Shown: positions 26,433-39,392, counted from the first letter of the stretch. The stretch: 64,000 bases of DNA from Podarcis tiliguerta (GCA_965153285.1 OZ229115.1); one strand, 5' to 3'. The notes: a model not told the origin generated them from the sequence alone. Program-made: numbers and translations.

Positions 26433-26944
26433 AACATATAGTATATTTTAGCCTGGGCATTATATTCTTCTTTTATATCATTTTTTCTATTGGATCATTT
26501 CCTTTTCTTCCATATCATATCTCATAGCCATTTCATATCACATTGTTGTTGTGTTTATCCCACTGTTGTTTCTCCCCACCCCTCCAACAATCATTGGCTG
26601 AGCCTTTGTTGGTTTGCACCCTTCTTCCAAGAGACAACACTTCAGTAGTGGCATTTTAGCTTCCCAAGAACCCTATGAGGTGGGTGAGGCTGGGAAACAT
26701 TGGCTTGCTCAAGGCCACCCAGTGTGTTTCATAGCTATGTGAGGATCTGGAGCTAGGTTTCCCACGTCGCAGCCCATTGCCCTAGCCATTGCACCACACT
26801 GGCTTTCACCACCCCCTTGGGAAAGGATAGAAGAGAATTTGAAATGAACTAATTAGGTGTAAGAAGAGTGCCTTGCTCAGGTACCTCCCTCTGTGTGGTG
26901 GGTTTAAGGAGCAGCAGAGTTGAGTAGTAGAGAGTCCCAGGGAA

Positions 26945-27260
26945 TCTTCTTCTTCTTCTTTGGCAATCACTTGTAGCTGAGTAAGATTGTCTTACATAAA
27001 CACGGTTTTAATAGTGAGTCTGTAAGTGAGTGTGGAGGCCAATTCTGGATCCATACATCCTTCCACAGTGGGGACATAGTTTTCTGGGCAGGAGTTGATC
27101 ATAGTGAGGGTTTGCCAAGTGTACCTTCCTCTTAGCATGTTTCCCAAGTGTACCTTCCTCTTTGCATGTTTCCCCCTTTTGTCCTGAGTTTGAGCATCTT
27201 CAAAGCCCATGATACCTTTGGTAAAGGCTTTTCTCCAGTTGGAGCACTCGCTGGCCAGTG
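26945..27260 (-). mobile_element. RTE-clade LINE 3' fragment
   Basis: The minus strand encodes CPHCGRMYGSRIGLHTHLQTH, a C2H2-like end typical of RTE ORFs, and ends in a (GAA)n tail. It contains a 29-bp tandem duplication at 27115-27172. Confidence 0.75.
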
Positions 27261-27338
27261 TTTTCCAGTTGTTGGTGTTTACATTTTTTCACCAGTGAAG
27301 CTGGGCTCTCATAAAGCATCTCTTCCATTTACTTTTAG

Positions 27339-27521
27339 ACAGGTGCAGGTAAGACGTACACCATGGGAACCGGCTTTGACGTGAACATTTCCGAAGATGA
27401 GAATGGCATAATTCCACGGGCCATTACCCACCTATTCTCTGGCATAGAGGAACGCAAGCGGGCAGCGCAGGAACAGGGTGTGCCAGTACCCGAGTTTAAA
27501 GTCAGTGCACAGTTCTTGGAG
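27339..27521 (+). CDS. KIF21B: KIF21B exon 3 (P-loop TGAGKTYTM...VSAQFLE)
   Basis: ttttag| and GAG|gtaggt; 183 nt; completes the Walker A motif GQTGAGKT. Confidence 0.97.
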
Positions 27522-28380
27522 GTAGGTGCCTTGGTGTCTGTAGGGAGCTGGGGGTGTGAGAAGGAGGGCATAAGCTCACATACAGGTATGCCTGAGGCTA
27601 CTGAATGAAGTGGGCTTCTTTAATTTCTGCAGCAGTAAGTGTGGTGTGGGGGCACAATTGGATCATCGGTGGTGGATCTGGGTTAACATACAAATTACAG
27701 CATGGGGTATGCCTGTACATCCAAGAGTAAGTGAAGGAGATTAAATTTGAATTTGCATTTGAAAATGAGGGGGCATGATGCTCCTTCACTCAGGGGCAGA
27801 ACTTGGCACTTGCTTCCTTTTATACCACCACTATGCTATCATGCACAGAAGACCCATTAAAGACGTCGCTTGACCTTGACAATGAGTAAACATTTTCATA
27901 GAGGAAATGCAGCTGATTCATGCATCAGTCAACAGATCGCAATAATGATGCAGACCTGCTTGCTTTGTTCTGTCTGGGGATGCAGCAGCCTCAGCCAACT
28001 TAAGATTTCATCTCTCTGGTAGGCTTGTCAGTGGTGAGAGGAGTGAAAAATTCCATGCAGCTTTTACATTTATTGCTCCAGACAATTATGAATCTCCAGT
28101 TCTTCCAGTTTTTCTTCCTGTTACTAGCCCTGTTCCCCGTAAAATTGCTGTGATTTGAATTCCTGTTAGAAGAGAATTGAAGATTTGCTGTTGACTACAG
28201 CACCAGCCTCCCATGCTGTAATCAACAGGGCCAATCCTTAGCTAAATGTCAAGCTCTGCTTTGATCTTCAAGGCACACTGCAAGCTCAAATACCCATTTC
28301 TATCATTTTGTACCTGTGGAGCCCTTCATGAATCAATGAACCTAGTATCAATTCCACCCCCCCCCCATGTCTTTGTTCAG

Positions 28381-28530
28381 CTGTATAACGAAGAGATCCT
28401 GGACCTCTTTGATAGCTCACGAGACCCTGATTGCCGCCACCGGAAGTCAAACATCAAAATCCATGAAGATACCAGTGGTGGGATCTACACCACAGGTGTC
28501 ACATCACGTCTCATTGGCTCGCAGGACGAG
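28381..28530 (+). CDS. KIF21B: KIF21B exon 4 ([11 protein letters not shown]...SQDE)
   Basis: ttcag| and GAG|gtacgt; 150 nt. Confidence 0.97.
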
Positions 28531-29129
28531 GTACGTGGCCAACTCATACATTAGACCTCAGCTTTGTGTTTCATGTTAGAAGCTACAATGTCTTGATTCC
28601 ATGTTCAATAAAGTCCTCTTTAGGCATTCCCAATTGTGGGATCCTAAGCATGTTCAGCCTGTTGGATGGAGCCAACAGGAACAGGGACATTGGGGGCAGG
28701 TTGGGTGGAGCCAGCAGAGACCTTGGAGGCAGCGCTGGTGTGTGCAGCCCTACTGGCACTCAACTGTTTATGCCCTCCTGAGTTTTTTGAATGCCTGGAG
28801 AGGGCTTAAGATGACAGTCTCCACTTCAGCCATCATTATGCGTCTAATGTAAGTGAGTGGGTGTGTTGCAGTGGGTGTGCATGTGGTGCAAATCTTATGA
28901 GGTGGCTAAAGAGATCTAAGCTGTAAGTGATCTTGAGTATGTGCTGCGAGAATAAGCCATGCCTGTTTTCTTATGGAAACTTTATGAGATGAGAATTCCT
29001 TAGCTGTGTTTCAGGCTGCTGCTTAATTGTATCCTGATCTCACTGCAGATGCTACTAGTCTGCATGGCAGAACTTAGTTGTTTGCGTGCTTTATTTGGGT
29101 GGAGTCCATAACATAACCCACTTTTCAGC

Positions 29130-31320
29130 CATGAGTCAGCGCTCTAATTCTTATGCATTTTGCTTTTAATAATGCGGAATATCCTCCTTAAACTTTCTGG
29201 TGGTTTTTCCACATTTCTCCCCCTCGGTGGAAATGATGATGCCTTTCTTCTAGCTGCTATTCTATATGTTGGAATATAGAATATCCTGTATATTGGAATA
29301 TAGAATATGGTTGGGAGCATTATGAGTTTCATGAATATTTGTTATCACAGTGATCCTGGATAGTAGATAATCTCTTTGTTCCTTTCCAAGGTCTGAGAGC
29401 TGCTAGAATTTTTATGCAGGCCCTGCATCTATTTCACCAGTTACGATTATTATTTTATGTAATGTGTAAAATTTCTTTTCCACCAGCAAGGAAGATAGAG
29501 CCACCTCTTCCCACCTGCAAGACAATAGCAGCCAGGAAAGGGTTTTGTTTCACAGAAGTTCCCACTCTGGGAATTTATACTGCATGGTGGCATAGAACTT
29601 TCTATAGTAAATAATATAGTTCCTGAATGTTAAGACAAAGCTCACACCATCACACATAACCTGCAAATACCATATAAAATTCATTCACAATATAAAACGA
29701 ATCAAATATTTCACAATCCATATTTGCAAATATCTATTCATGAGTGTGATTCTTCTGGAAGGCAATGAACAGCTGCCATTACTCTAGTGAATTTATCCGC
29801 ATGAATCCTCACTTCTCTCATTTGAAAGATACTCATCACTTTCTCCATAACCGCTAGGATCTGGTATCTTTTTAAACCACATTTAATCACTGGGAATTTC
29901 TGCATGTTTCCAGACATTTGCAATGCATAGCCTAGCAACCATCAATAGATATTAACAATGCTTTTCTTGAATATGAAATTTTAATATTCCAAGTCAGAAT
30001 TCTTTGACCTTGAAGGGTAGTACATAACTAGTAATTAAAGTCATTATATTTAATATCCCATACCAGAAAGATTTAATTTTGAGCCAACTCAACCACATGG
30101 GTAAAAATGCTCCCCTCAAACCACAATTTTTCCAGCAGGAGCCCCAAGCACAAACAATATTTCTACCTCCCCAAAGACTAAGGAATATACACCATCTAGC
30201 AATCCATATAGAATGTGCCCCTCTCATAATTTTTTCCTTCACTGAGTTGTTGTATGTGTCTTTTTTCAGTTTGCAAACCTGATGGGCAGGCTTTTTCTGT
30301 GTGTCACTTTCTTTTTTTAATTGATGCATGTCGTTTTCAGATACAATAATTTGTCTGAAAAGCAGGCTAAAAATATAGGAAATAATTTGCTTATGCAAAA
30401 AAGCCCTTTTCAGAACTCTAACCATTATAATTCAATTGAACATTTAATTATTTCTTACAGTGAGAAATTAATATCTCTTCCCATAATTCGCCTTGAGTTT
30501 CTAGATACCATGGCCTTGATTCAGATGCACAGTTCATATATTGCCAGAGCTCTTAGGCAATTGTTTCAGAGTTTAGATAAGAGAGTGTGTCTTAATTACA
30601 AAGAAGCTGAAACACTGGCACTCTCCTTCTAGTTTCCCTTTTGGCGCTTGGTCTTCATGTGCAGTGAAACTACTGTCCTGCCCAATAGCTTAAAACTCAC
30701 CAAGGCAATTTCTGCCTCATTTTGGTAGTTGAAAGTCTTTAAGAAGAGTGTGGCATGGGGAGATAGAGATGATCACATTTGTATTTCATTCCAGACCTTT
30801 AATAAAACAATTATCTTTCTATTAGTTCATGGAGTCCTTAGCCGTACATATGTCTATAATAATGACCCCTGAAAGGGGTGTAAAGACGTTTCTGTTCAAA
30901 ATGCCCTTTCTGTATCTCCCCACCCTTTTAAGAAGAGAGTCTGTTGTTGAGTGGTACAGCACCCTTCATTCAATCCCTGACATCCCCAGGTAGGGCTGGG
31001 AGAGACCCCTGTCTGAAACCCCAAAGATCTTCTGCCAGTCAGTACTGAGCTAGAGGGACCCAAGGGTTTGACTCAGTTCAGTATGTTACATACGAAGCTT
31101 TCTTGTGCTATCATCTGAATCGGACAAGTGTTGTCATTTAATTTAATAGGTAATCCCAGATCTCCATTCTTAGGTGTCTTATTTGGCGTGCGCTTTAAAC
31201 TGCTAGTGCATTTTTTGGACAAGCTTAATTTTATATAATATTGACTGGATTTCCTTTCAATTATAAACAACTAAGACAGACAAATTTATTATGGGATAAG
31301 CATCTGTGGACATTTGCCAG
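29130..31320 (-). mobile_element. Highly decayed L1/Tx1-clade LINE (ORF2 3' part), interrupted by a SINE
   Basis: AT-rich. Minus-strand remnants FIIERK...KNGDLGLP (~31270-31150) and LLMVARLCIANVWK..IPS..WFKK (~29945-29870) resemble L1/Tx1 ORF2 C-terminal motifs in the expected order. Boundaries approximate. Confidence 0.55.
30935..31085 (+). mobile_element. Degenerate Squam3-like SINE
   Basis: caggtagggctgggagagacccctgtctgaaacc...ctgccagtcag.actgagctaga, homologous to the 20954 copy. Confidence 0.75.
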
Positions 31321-31338
31321 AAGTATAATCTTCAATAG

Positions 31339-31363
31339 GTGTGTGTGTGTGTGTGTGTGTGTG
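31339..31363. repeat. (GT)n microsatellite
   Basis: Read directly from the sequence. Confidence 0.9.
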
Positions 31364-32205
31364 CGTGCACACATGGATTGCACCCACACCATACGCTTAA
31401 AATACATTTGAAGAATTCCTCCAGATAATACTGAGAACTGTAGTTTACCCTCCACAGAGCTGTGGTTCATGTGCTTGAAATGCCTGAGGTGGCTGTGGCC
31501 CTAAGCAGTGGGGGGGGGGAGGAGTTTTGTGTCAGACATATTATTTATACATAAATATTTATATTGTTGTGTATGTTCCTTTGTGTGTTTTTGCATATTT
31601 ATAAGAAGAAACAGACAAAATCAGTATCTCACTATCTCTGTAATTTACATATTGACAGTGAAACAGGAAGCAATTAGGAGCATTAGAAAACAGGCACCAC
31701 AGTCATTACTTTATCAAAGAAAGCCAGTCTTTCCAAGAAATCTTGTAAGTTCAGATAAATTTGCAAATCTTGTCTTGCCAGGTTTTCTGTCGCTGTATAA
31801 TTTATTTTGTATAAGTGATCCAATGGTAATAATGAACACCTCCTCAACAAAGTACTAAATTGTATTTGGAGCTAGGAGTGTGTGTGATTTTGAGCTGAGA
31901 AAAATCCAGAGGAGACAGAGTTGAACAACCCCACCAACCTGGCCTCCTCGTCACTCTCCCTTCTGGCCCTGTCAGGAGAAAGAGACACACAACTGCATGT
32001 CAGATCTAGCTCGATCCTGATTGTTATAGTCCTGTAGGGGGTTGACTTTCGCAAGAGCTAATGATGAAATAGCGTCCAGAAGGAAGCTGTACGCATGTTC
32101 AAGCAAGGTTGAAAAATGATTCAGTTTGCTTTTGTGTGTGCATGTGTTGCTTTGCATCTTGGTAGAAAGCGTAACCACCATCCCTACTCTCTTCTGCCCC
32201 TGCAG

Positions 32206-32340
32206 CTGATTCAGTGCCTGAAGCAGGGAGCTCTCTCTCGAACCACAGCCAGCACCCAGATGAATGTCCAGAGCTCCCGCTCCCATGCCATCTTCACCAT
32301 CTACCTTTGCCAAATGCGTGTCTGCTCCCCTGTACACTTG
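32206..32340 (+). CDS. KIF21B: KIF21B exon 5 (switch [13 protein letters not shown])
   Basis: ctgcag| and TTG|gtaagg; 135 nt. Confidence 0.97.
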
Positions 32341-32431
32341 GTAAGGACGTGAGAAGGGGAGGACAGGGGTGGAGCACTTGCAGAATCCATTACCCCTCAG
32401 GAAGTGATTCTGGGATGTGTTCCGATTGCAG

Positions 32432-32599
32432 GTGAATGGAGACTCCAACAGTCTCCTGGAGGGATCCCAGCCTTCTAGTGAATATGAGACACGAACAGCC
32501 AAATTCCACTTTGTTGACCTGGCTGGCTCAGAGAGGTTGAAGCGGACTGGTGCAACCGGCGAGAGAGCCAAGGAAGGGATCTCCATCAACTGTGGTTTG
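32432..32599 (+). CDS. KIF21B: KIF21B exon 6 (switch [11 protein letters not shown])
   Basis: ttgcag| and TTG|gtatgg; 168 nt; follows a 91-nt intron. Confidence 0.97.
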
Positions 32600-32793
32600 G
32601 TATGGCCTTCATCATACAAATGGGTCAGGATTGGATACGACAACAAGTGCCAGGTCCTGTAATATTTTGCCTGGCAAACCAAGTATTGTCCAGCACCTTT
32701 GTTACTGTTTTGGAGTTTGCACAAGCCATGGCTTGGTCTAGGCATATAAGAGCTCTTTGTTGTAGCATGCAGGCTTCGTGGAATGGGATATGC

Positions 32794-33070
32794 CAGGGGT
32801 TGGCAAGGTTTACCTCACCTGAGCCAGTTCACTCCAGCAGAGATCCTTCCGTGGTCCGGAGCGCACGCACCTGCGATTTCCAGCATCTGTGTCTGCACAG
32901 ACGCGATTTCTGGTGCCACGGAAGGGAGTCCCCGCGCTGTGTTGCGCTGGTTTAGCGCAGCGCGCAGGGACTTGCTGAGCGGGCAGCTCAGTTCGGGGGT
33001 GGCTCAGGGGCCAGTTAAATGACCCCCATGGGCTACTTGTGGCCCTTGGGCCTTAGGTTGCCGACCCCTG
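32794..33070. mobile_element. CpG-rich non-autonomous hAT element
   Basis: TIRs CAGGGGTTGGCAA and TTGCCGACCCCTG; flanks GGATATGC and AGATACGC match at 6/8; many retained CpGs. Confidence 0.8.
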
Positions 33071-33563
33071 AGATACGCCATGAAATCTATGTTGTTTCTG
33101 GTGGGCAAGGCTCTGTCCCTGAAGCCACTGCAAATTAAAGAGACAGGGAATTGTAGAAATAAAATTATAGTATAGTCTGAAAGTGACAGTGACATTTGCA
33201 AGCATGTATAATACAGGTATAATATAGGTGCTTGTATCTTTTTAAAAATGAGTTGAGATTCTCTAGGGTTGGATGGATGCTTCTGTGAAAGCCAGATTCT
33301 GTAGACTAAGGTTCAGTCATGATGATATAGCAACAAAGTTTATGTGGTTTATATGGTTCATTCCTGTAATGGAAAAGTCATGGTGTTTACCAGTATAAGC
33401 TTCAGCCTAGTAAGTGGGGGTGGGGGGCTGATTTGTGACCTCAAAAAGGGAATAACTGCTTGAAGCGGCATTGACTTTTCTATGAGGAATGTATGGTGCC
33501 AGAATAAAGGCACAAGGGAAAGTGTCCATCTCTTATTCGCCGACTTGTCCTTTTTATTGATAG

Positions 33564-33680
<117 letters not shown>

Positions 33681-34374
33681 TAATGGAAAGAGGCACTAGA
33701 ACAGCTGTTTGTAGCTTTTGCAGGGTTGCTGGCATTGGGGATTGCAGGTGAGGAGGCTGTCTGGATTGTGTGTTATAATTGCTGCATGGCCATGGGAGCC
33801 CTTAATGAGAAGTCCCAAGGCAAGGCCACAGCAGATGTGCCAAGAAACGTATTTTAAACACATCCCGGGCCTCATTTCTTCCTGGGTTCCAATGTGATTA
33901 TTGGCTTTTGCAGAATAGATGCTTACATAATATGCCTAAGCTGTTTTTGATCCAGAATTCTGGCAACTGTACCTCCTAACATGGGATCACTGTAATCTCT
34001 TCTTACCCCCTCTTTTCTAGTCTGTTTCCTTTTACAGCTGCCCTCCCCCCCCCCCCAAATTTCCTTCATGTTCTTTGTCTGTCTTATCATGGCCTTTTGG
34101 ATTTGGGAACTCCTGCTTTCTGTTTGGCAGACTATTTGGTAATTTGCCCAAGGCAAGGTGGGGGGGCAAGGTTGTTCAGAACTCGTTGTCTGAACTCTGA
34201 TTCACCATTCAGCAAATTGGAGCCCTCTGCAGCTGGTTGGTTGGAACTGCCAGACTGCCAGCATTGGAAATGGCTTGACCTCTGCACTGCTGCTCTCCCT
34301 GGGAGGTAGCTGATGTGGCAGGGAGACTAGCAGCCCTCCTGTGCTTGACCTTATTTGTTCTCCCACCTTCGTAG

Positions 34375-34570
34375 CCAAACCATAATGATTGCCTGCGTGA
34401 GCCCTTCTGATCGGGATTTTATGGAGACCCTGAATACCCTTAAGTATGCCAACAGAGCTCGCAACATCAAGAACAAAGTGGTGGTGAACCAGGATAAGAC
34501 GAGCCAGCAGATCAGCGCCCTGCGAGCTGAAATTGCTCGCCTTCAGATGGAGCTCATGGAGTACAAGGCG
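34375..34570 (+). CDS. KIF21B: KIF21B exon 8 ([17 protein letters not shown], neck)
   Basis: cgtag| and GCG|gtaagg; 196 nt. Confidence 0.97.
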
Positions 34571-35360
34571 GTAAGGAGATGTCAGGAGCATTTTGCATTG
34601 AGTGGCACAACTTCAGCACTTGAAGTCCCTTGTCCCTAGTGGTGTTTTCTCTCTCCCCCTCTCTGTCGGAATGTTGCACACCCAGTTAAATTCCCCTGGA
34701 GAAAATATCTTAATGCCATATTTGGCCTACTCCCTTTTTTTATTTGAAAAGTTCTAATTCTGCAGATGATTTGCTATAGATGAACATTGGCAGGTCTCGT
34801 TAAGCTTTAGTTTCTCCATCTTCAAAATAGGGATGCTAGCAACCTACTTTGTAGAGAGCAAACCCAGTATATAGTGCACCGCTGAAATTTGAGAGCCCAA
34901 AGTCCACCATTGCATGATTTTGCCACAAGCTGTTGCTTGTGGTGCACTTTTATTGGTGGTCTTTTAATCTCTCTTTTTAAAAAGTTCCTGTGATAGATTT
35001 TACTGTCTTTTAAAATGCAATACTCTACTTTGAGAAGCCCCAATGATCAAAGACTGACGTATAAACATAAATATAAATCTTTTATGCATCTCTTTAAGAG
35101 CTGGTTTGAAAAAAACATGGCAGTCACTGAACTATTTCTGCAGAAAGGTGGATTATAAAATACTTGAAAAGTACCCCAACTTCAGAGCCTTCCTGTATGT
35201 GCAAGACTGCCATTACAGGCAGAAGGCTTGAGATGACTGAAGTATACTGTGATGATTATGCCCCTTAATTGGGATGCGCACAGGGTGACTGTCTTCCACC
35301 CCAGTCCATGTGCTCTCCAGCCCTTCCTACTGGTGTTTTCATTCATTTCTGTCTCCAAAG

Positions 35361-35550
35361 GGTAAGCGTGTCATTGGAGAGGATGGCTCTGAAGGCTACA
35401 GCGACCTGTTCCAGGAGAATGCCATGCTGCAGAAGGAGAACACCACTTTGCGTATGCGTGTGAAGGCCATGCAAGAAGCTATTGATGCCATCAACGTCCG
35501 TGTCACACACTTAATGAGCCAAGAAGCCAACTTGATTCTTGCCAAGGCAG
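35361..35550 (+). CDS. KIF21B: KIF21B exon 9 (GKRVIGEDG...LAKA)
   Basis: ccaaag| and G|gtgagg; 190 nt; coiled coil. Confidence 0.95.
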
Positions 35551-35857
35551 GTGAGGCTGAGAGGGGCAACTGGTTGGGGTCTCTAGACCATTTCATTAGA
35601 CAGCACACAAATGGCACTATATATTCCTTAAAGTCACAAGAGAAAAATTGCATTTACAGATTTCAGGGTTGGTTTTATGAAAGACCAAACTGTGCATGAT
35701 GTTAGCCATATGTTCAGTGAAGCCTGTTTAGCCTGCTTTTGTTTTCCGTAGCAATTGGGCTTCTCTGATTTCTTTGGGATCTTGCTTGCTCTTGTCTAGC
35801 TTTCTCCATTATTGTTTAGAATTTAATTTCTGTGTCTTTGTGTCATTGTTCTCCCAG

Positions 35858-35921
35858 GTGATGGCAACGAGGCTATTGGTGCTCTGATTCAGAACTACAT
35901 CCGGGAAATAGAGGAGCTCAG
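35858..35921 (+). CDS. KIF21B: KIF21B exon 10 ([20 protein letters not shown])
   Basis: cccag| and AG|gtaaga; 64 nt; phase-consistent with both neighbours; absent from the ORF track. Confidence 0.95.
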
Positions 35922-36930
35922 GTAAGACAGAGTGGTCCTCTGGATTCCCCCACCCACTTTTATTCTTTTTGCAAGTGGCCATACCTTCTTGAAAGAGAAA
36001 ACTATCTAACTTCTAAACTGGTGACTATTGAAGTAGCTCTAAGCCAGTACTTTCACCCCTGTGGCGTCTCGCTCTTTGTGTACTGTAATCTTCAAATGAT
36101 GAGCACTTTAGGATCAGAAACAACCCTTTGCGAATAATAAGAGAACCCATACAAGTGATGCTGACACAAAACCCCACACATACACTAAGGAAAAGAATAG
36201 AAGCATTGCCCACCCCACCCCACTCACGATCCCCTCTTGTCCTCTTTTCCCCTCTTTTCTTCCCAACCTAATACTGCTTGCAACACTAATGTCTCACAAC
36301 AAATGAAACTGATCTGTAGAAAACACAACTTTAAAAAAGAGACAATGCACGTATTTTTGTAAAGTAAGAAATCATTAATAATAATAAAAGAAAAGAAACA
36401 ACCCTTTGATATAAGAGACTTGTGGTACTTATAAATACACTTGTGCCCTCCCAGGGTATGGGCATTGTAAACAAAGGTGCCTAAAATAACCTCTTTGTCT
36501 GCAGTGGTGGCTTTCACAGCCACACAAAGGCAATAAAGTTGAGAGCAGCAGTTGCAGGTCCCACATGCGCATAAACTTGCAGCAGTATGCCACAGATGCA
36601 GGAACAAACAGCTGAAGCTCCCACAACTACACAAGCATGTAGCAGCATGAGCCCCCTGCTGGCCAGGCATGCAATAGGAGTGATACAGGGATGCAGATAG
36701 CCAAGCATGGAGCTGGGGGGATAGAAGCAGATGCAAGTAATATGGTAGTCGAATATTCTGCTTCAGAATGTCAAAGAATCATAGTAGTAGCATGACTTCC
36801 TTGATTTTCTGATGTTCTGACTAACAGAATTTCAGGATATCAAAATTTGCATTTGATAAGTACAAATGGCTCCAGTTGACAGTGTCACTCCATGATCTTC
36901 CCAGCACCTTGCACTTGGGCTTCATTTTTT

Positions 36931-37010
36931 TACTGGAGATGTCAAGAGTTGAATTTTGGGTCTTCTTCATTGCAAAGCATGTGCTCTACCGCAGAGCAAT
37001 GGCCCCTTCC
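36931..37010 (-). mobile_element. Squam3-like SINE 5' (tRNA-derived) fragment
   Basis: The reverse complement reads ggggccattgctctgcggtagagcacatgctttgc...catctccagt. Confidence 0.7.
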
Positions 37011-37465
37011 CTTTATCCGAGATAACTGCTTTGTAGACATCATGAGGAAGGAGTGTGTGTCCCCCAGCACTCCATCTTCTTTCCCCCCTCACATCAAGAA
37101 TTATCATAACTAGAAGGTTTCTCAGCCTCCCCCACTCCCCCGAGTGTTTCCCCCCTCAGATTTTCTTTTCTGCTGAGTCAAGAGATTAAACATTATACTG
37201 CCTTTGGGGTCCTGCTCATTCCTGTTAATGAAACTGTGTGCTGTCAAGAGTTAAGAGCTGAGCATCCTCCCTTATGGTCTTTTTGAGTCCCTTACTCAAT
37301 TGCATGTCAATGAGGGCATCAGATGGACTTGCATCCATGTGATTCTGGGCTAGCAGTTACTCCCCTCCGCACAGTTCCCATAGGAATCTGTCTCTGTCTT
37401 CATGTCAGGACTTCAGTATATAATGGACACTATGAGGTGACTGCTATCTCTTGTCTTCTTTGTAG

Positions 37466-37687
37466 GACAAAGCTCTTGGAGAGCGAAGCTATGAATGAAT
37501 CACTGCGTCGCGGTCTATCACGAGTTTCCTCTAGGCTTCCTTATTCCATGGGCTTATCTTCATCTCCTGGGTTGGGAGCTTCAAATAGCCCTGTCTCCTC
37601 TGTGCAAGCTGAGGCCTCAGAAGTCATCCAGTGGGCCAAGCAAGATATAGAACGGTTGAAGAAGGAGACTAAGCTGCGAAGGAAAAG
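37466..37687 (+). CDS. KIF21B: KIF21B exon 11 ([15 protein letters not shown]...)
   Basis: ttgtag| and AG|gtaaaa; 222 nt. Confidence 0.93.
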
Positions 37688-38169
37688 GTAAAATGGGTTC
37701 CTCTGCCTTGCATCTGCTCAGGACCCTTCTACTCTGGTTAGGCTGCTGGGCCTTCAGAACTTTTTAGAAGTATCAAAATATATTTGTTTTCCATCATTCT
37801 CACTCTATGAGACTCCTGCAATGCAGCTCTCATGATCTACAATACAACACCCTTTTCTGTGTTGAGCTTTGATTTTCCCTTCTGTATTGTAAGGATGGTA
37901 AATACTTGCTGTCTTGCAGAAAGCTTTGTGAGAGTAACTGCAGGCAAAGAGCTTAGCCAAAAAGCACAGAAGAGGCAAATGATTGTGTTTCCAATGGAAA
38001 TGTCCCCTTCCCATTAGTTATGCAGATGAAATGTTTTGTTTTGTTGTAGTTGGAGTAGTGTTTGTTTTCTTAGCTGCCCTGACGGCCTGTTTTTGTGACT
38101 CTGCAATCTGGAATAAAAATGAATGATTTAGAAACAGATGTTCATGTAAAACTGCCTTCTTTTCTGCAG

Positions 38170-38254
38170 CCCAGAGAAGGAAGGGTTTAAGAAGAGGTTG
38201 AGGATGCAGCAGGGAAATGAGGCGGATGAGACAGATGAGAATGAAGTGGAAGAG
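38170..38254 (+). CDS. KIF21B: KIF21B exon 12 (PEKEGFKKR...ENEVEE)
   Basis: ctgcag| and GAG|gtaaga; 85 nt. Confidence 0.93.
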
Positions 38255-39392
38255 GTAAGAGATCTTGCCCTTCTCTTGCATACAGCTTCTGGGTTCTTTT
38301 GAGCAGTTATTAAGGGTGCCAAACTTACTGCTGGCCTTTGGTGGCATCAGGATGAGCCCTGTGGCAATTTTTCAGCATAATGAGAAACTGGCCGTAAAGG
38401 ACATCTCAAGTGCTATTCCCTTCAGCCAGATTTAACATCTGCTTCAAACGTTTCCTGACCTCAGCAATTGCCATACTAATTCCTTAGGCTCCTGAGTCTT
38501 TATAAAATATCTCCTCTGAGAAATGCAAGCTTCTCTTTAATCCAACGCCCTTGGATAAATGGAGCAGAATAGGCTGACAAATAGGTGTGTTTTTTAAGTA
38601 GGTGAAGTATGTCTTGCTTTTCTGTCTCAAAACATGAATGTCTCTGTGGGATGCCACTGGATTCTTAAAAGCCTGGGGCTGTGCACATTACAAAATGGAA
38701 ACATTCTTTGATTTAAATAAAGTTAAATAAATTGGTTAAAACTGACACACTTGTTTATTTTTGGAGGAAATAACAGTGCACTGCTAAAGGCATAATTTTG
38801 ACTGTGCACAGTCATTACATTATTTCTGCACTGATTCTTGTTTTGGGGGCAGGGGGTTGTTATATTGATATATTTAAGATGAACATTTGGGAATGCAGTA
38901 GGCCCGCTGTGTACACTGGGATTACATTCTAGGGTCCTTGCTTTGAAGAGCAGAGTTGAAAGACAAAGGCTTGGAAGTTAGTAGAATGAATGGCCAAGAA
39001 AAATACAGTATGGTTTGATTGAGTTGTTGGTGATGTGTGTTAGATCTTCTCTGCCTTCACTTCCCAACATCCGGCTTGATTTCTGAATCCATGTCCAGGA
39101 CAATGGTAAGTGCTGATCTTCTAGTGTTTTGCTAATTCATCAGCTAGAAGAATAGAAGGTTGGATTCATGAAAGGAAGTATGAACTGTAAGAAGTAACAT
39201 CCCCATGGTGCCTGTGTTCCTAAGCAGTGCAAAATGCTTTGAATTAAGGATTGCCATTGGAACAAATTAGCGAACCAAGGAAAGCAGATTGCCATATGCA
39301 ACCAAATGTTGGGCAGGGTTGGGACTGCAATGCCTTGGAGCAAGCTGCATCACCACTCCCCTTTTTCTCATCACTGTACCTTCTGTTTTCAG

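Noticed and set aside
31972-32745. 257-aa antisense ORF, the longest in the track
   Set aside because: It overlaps exons 5-6 on the opposite strand, has no recognisable domain, and is best explained as a shadow of the coding sequence.
36224-36736. 170-aa Cys-rich minus-strand ORF with a faint ~60-bp internal repeat
   Set aside because: The composition reflects TG/CA-rich intronic or decayed repeat sequence. I see no splice or promoter support and no family resemblance I can name.
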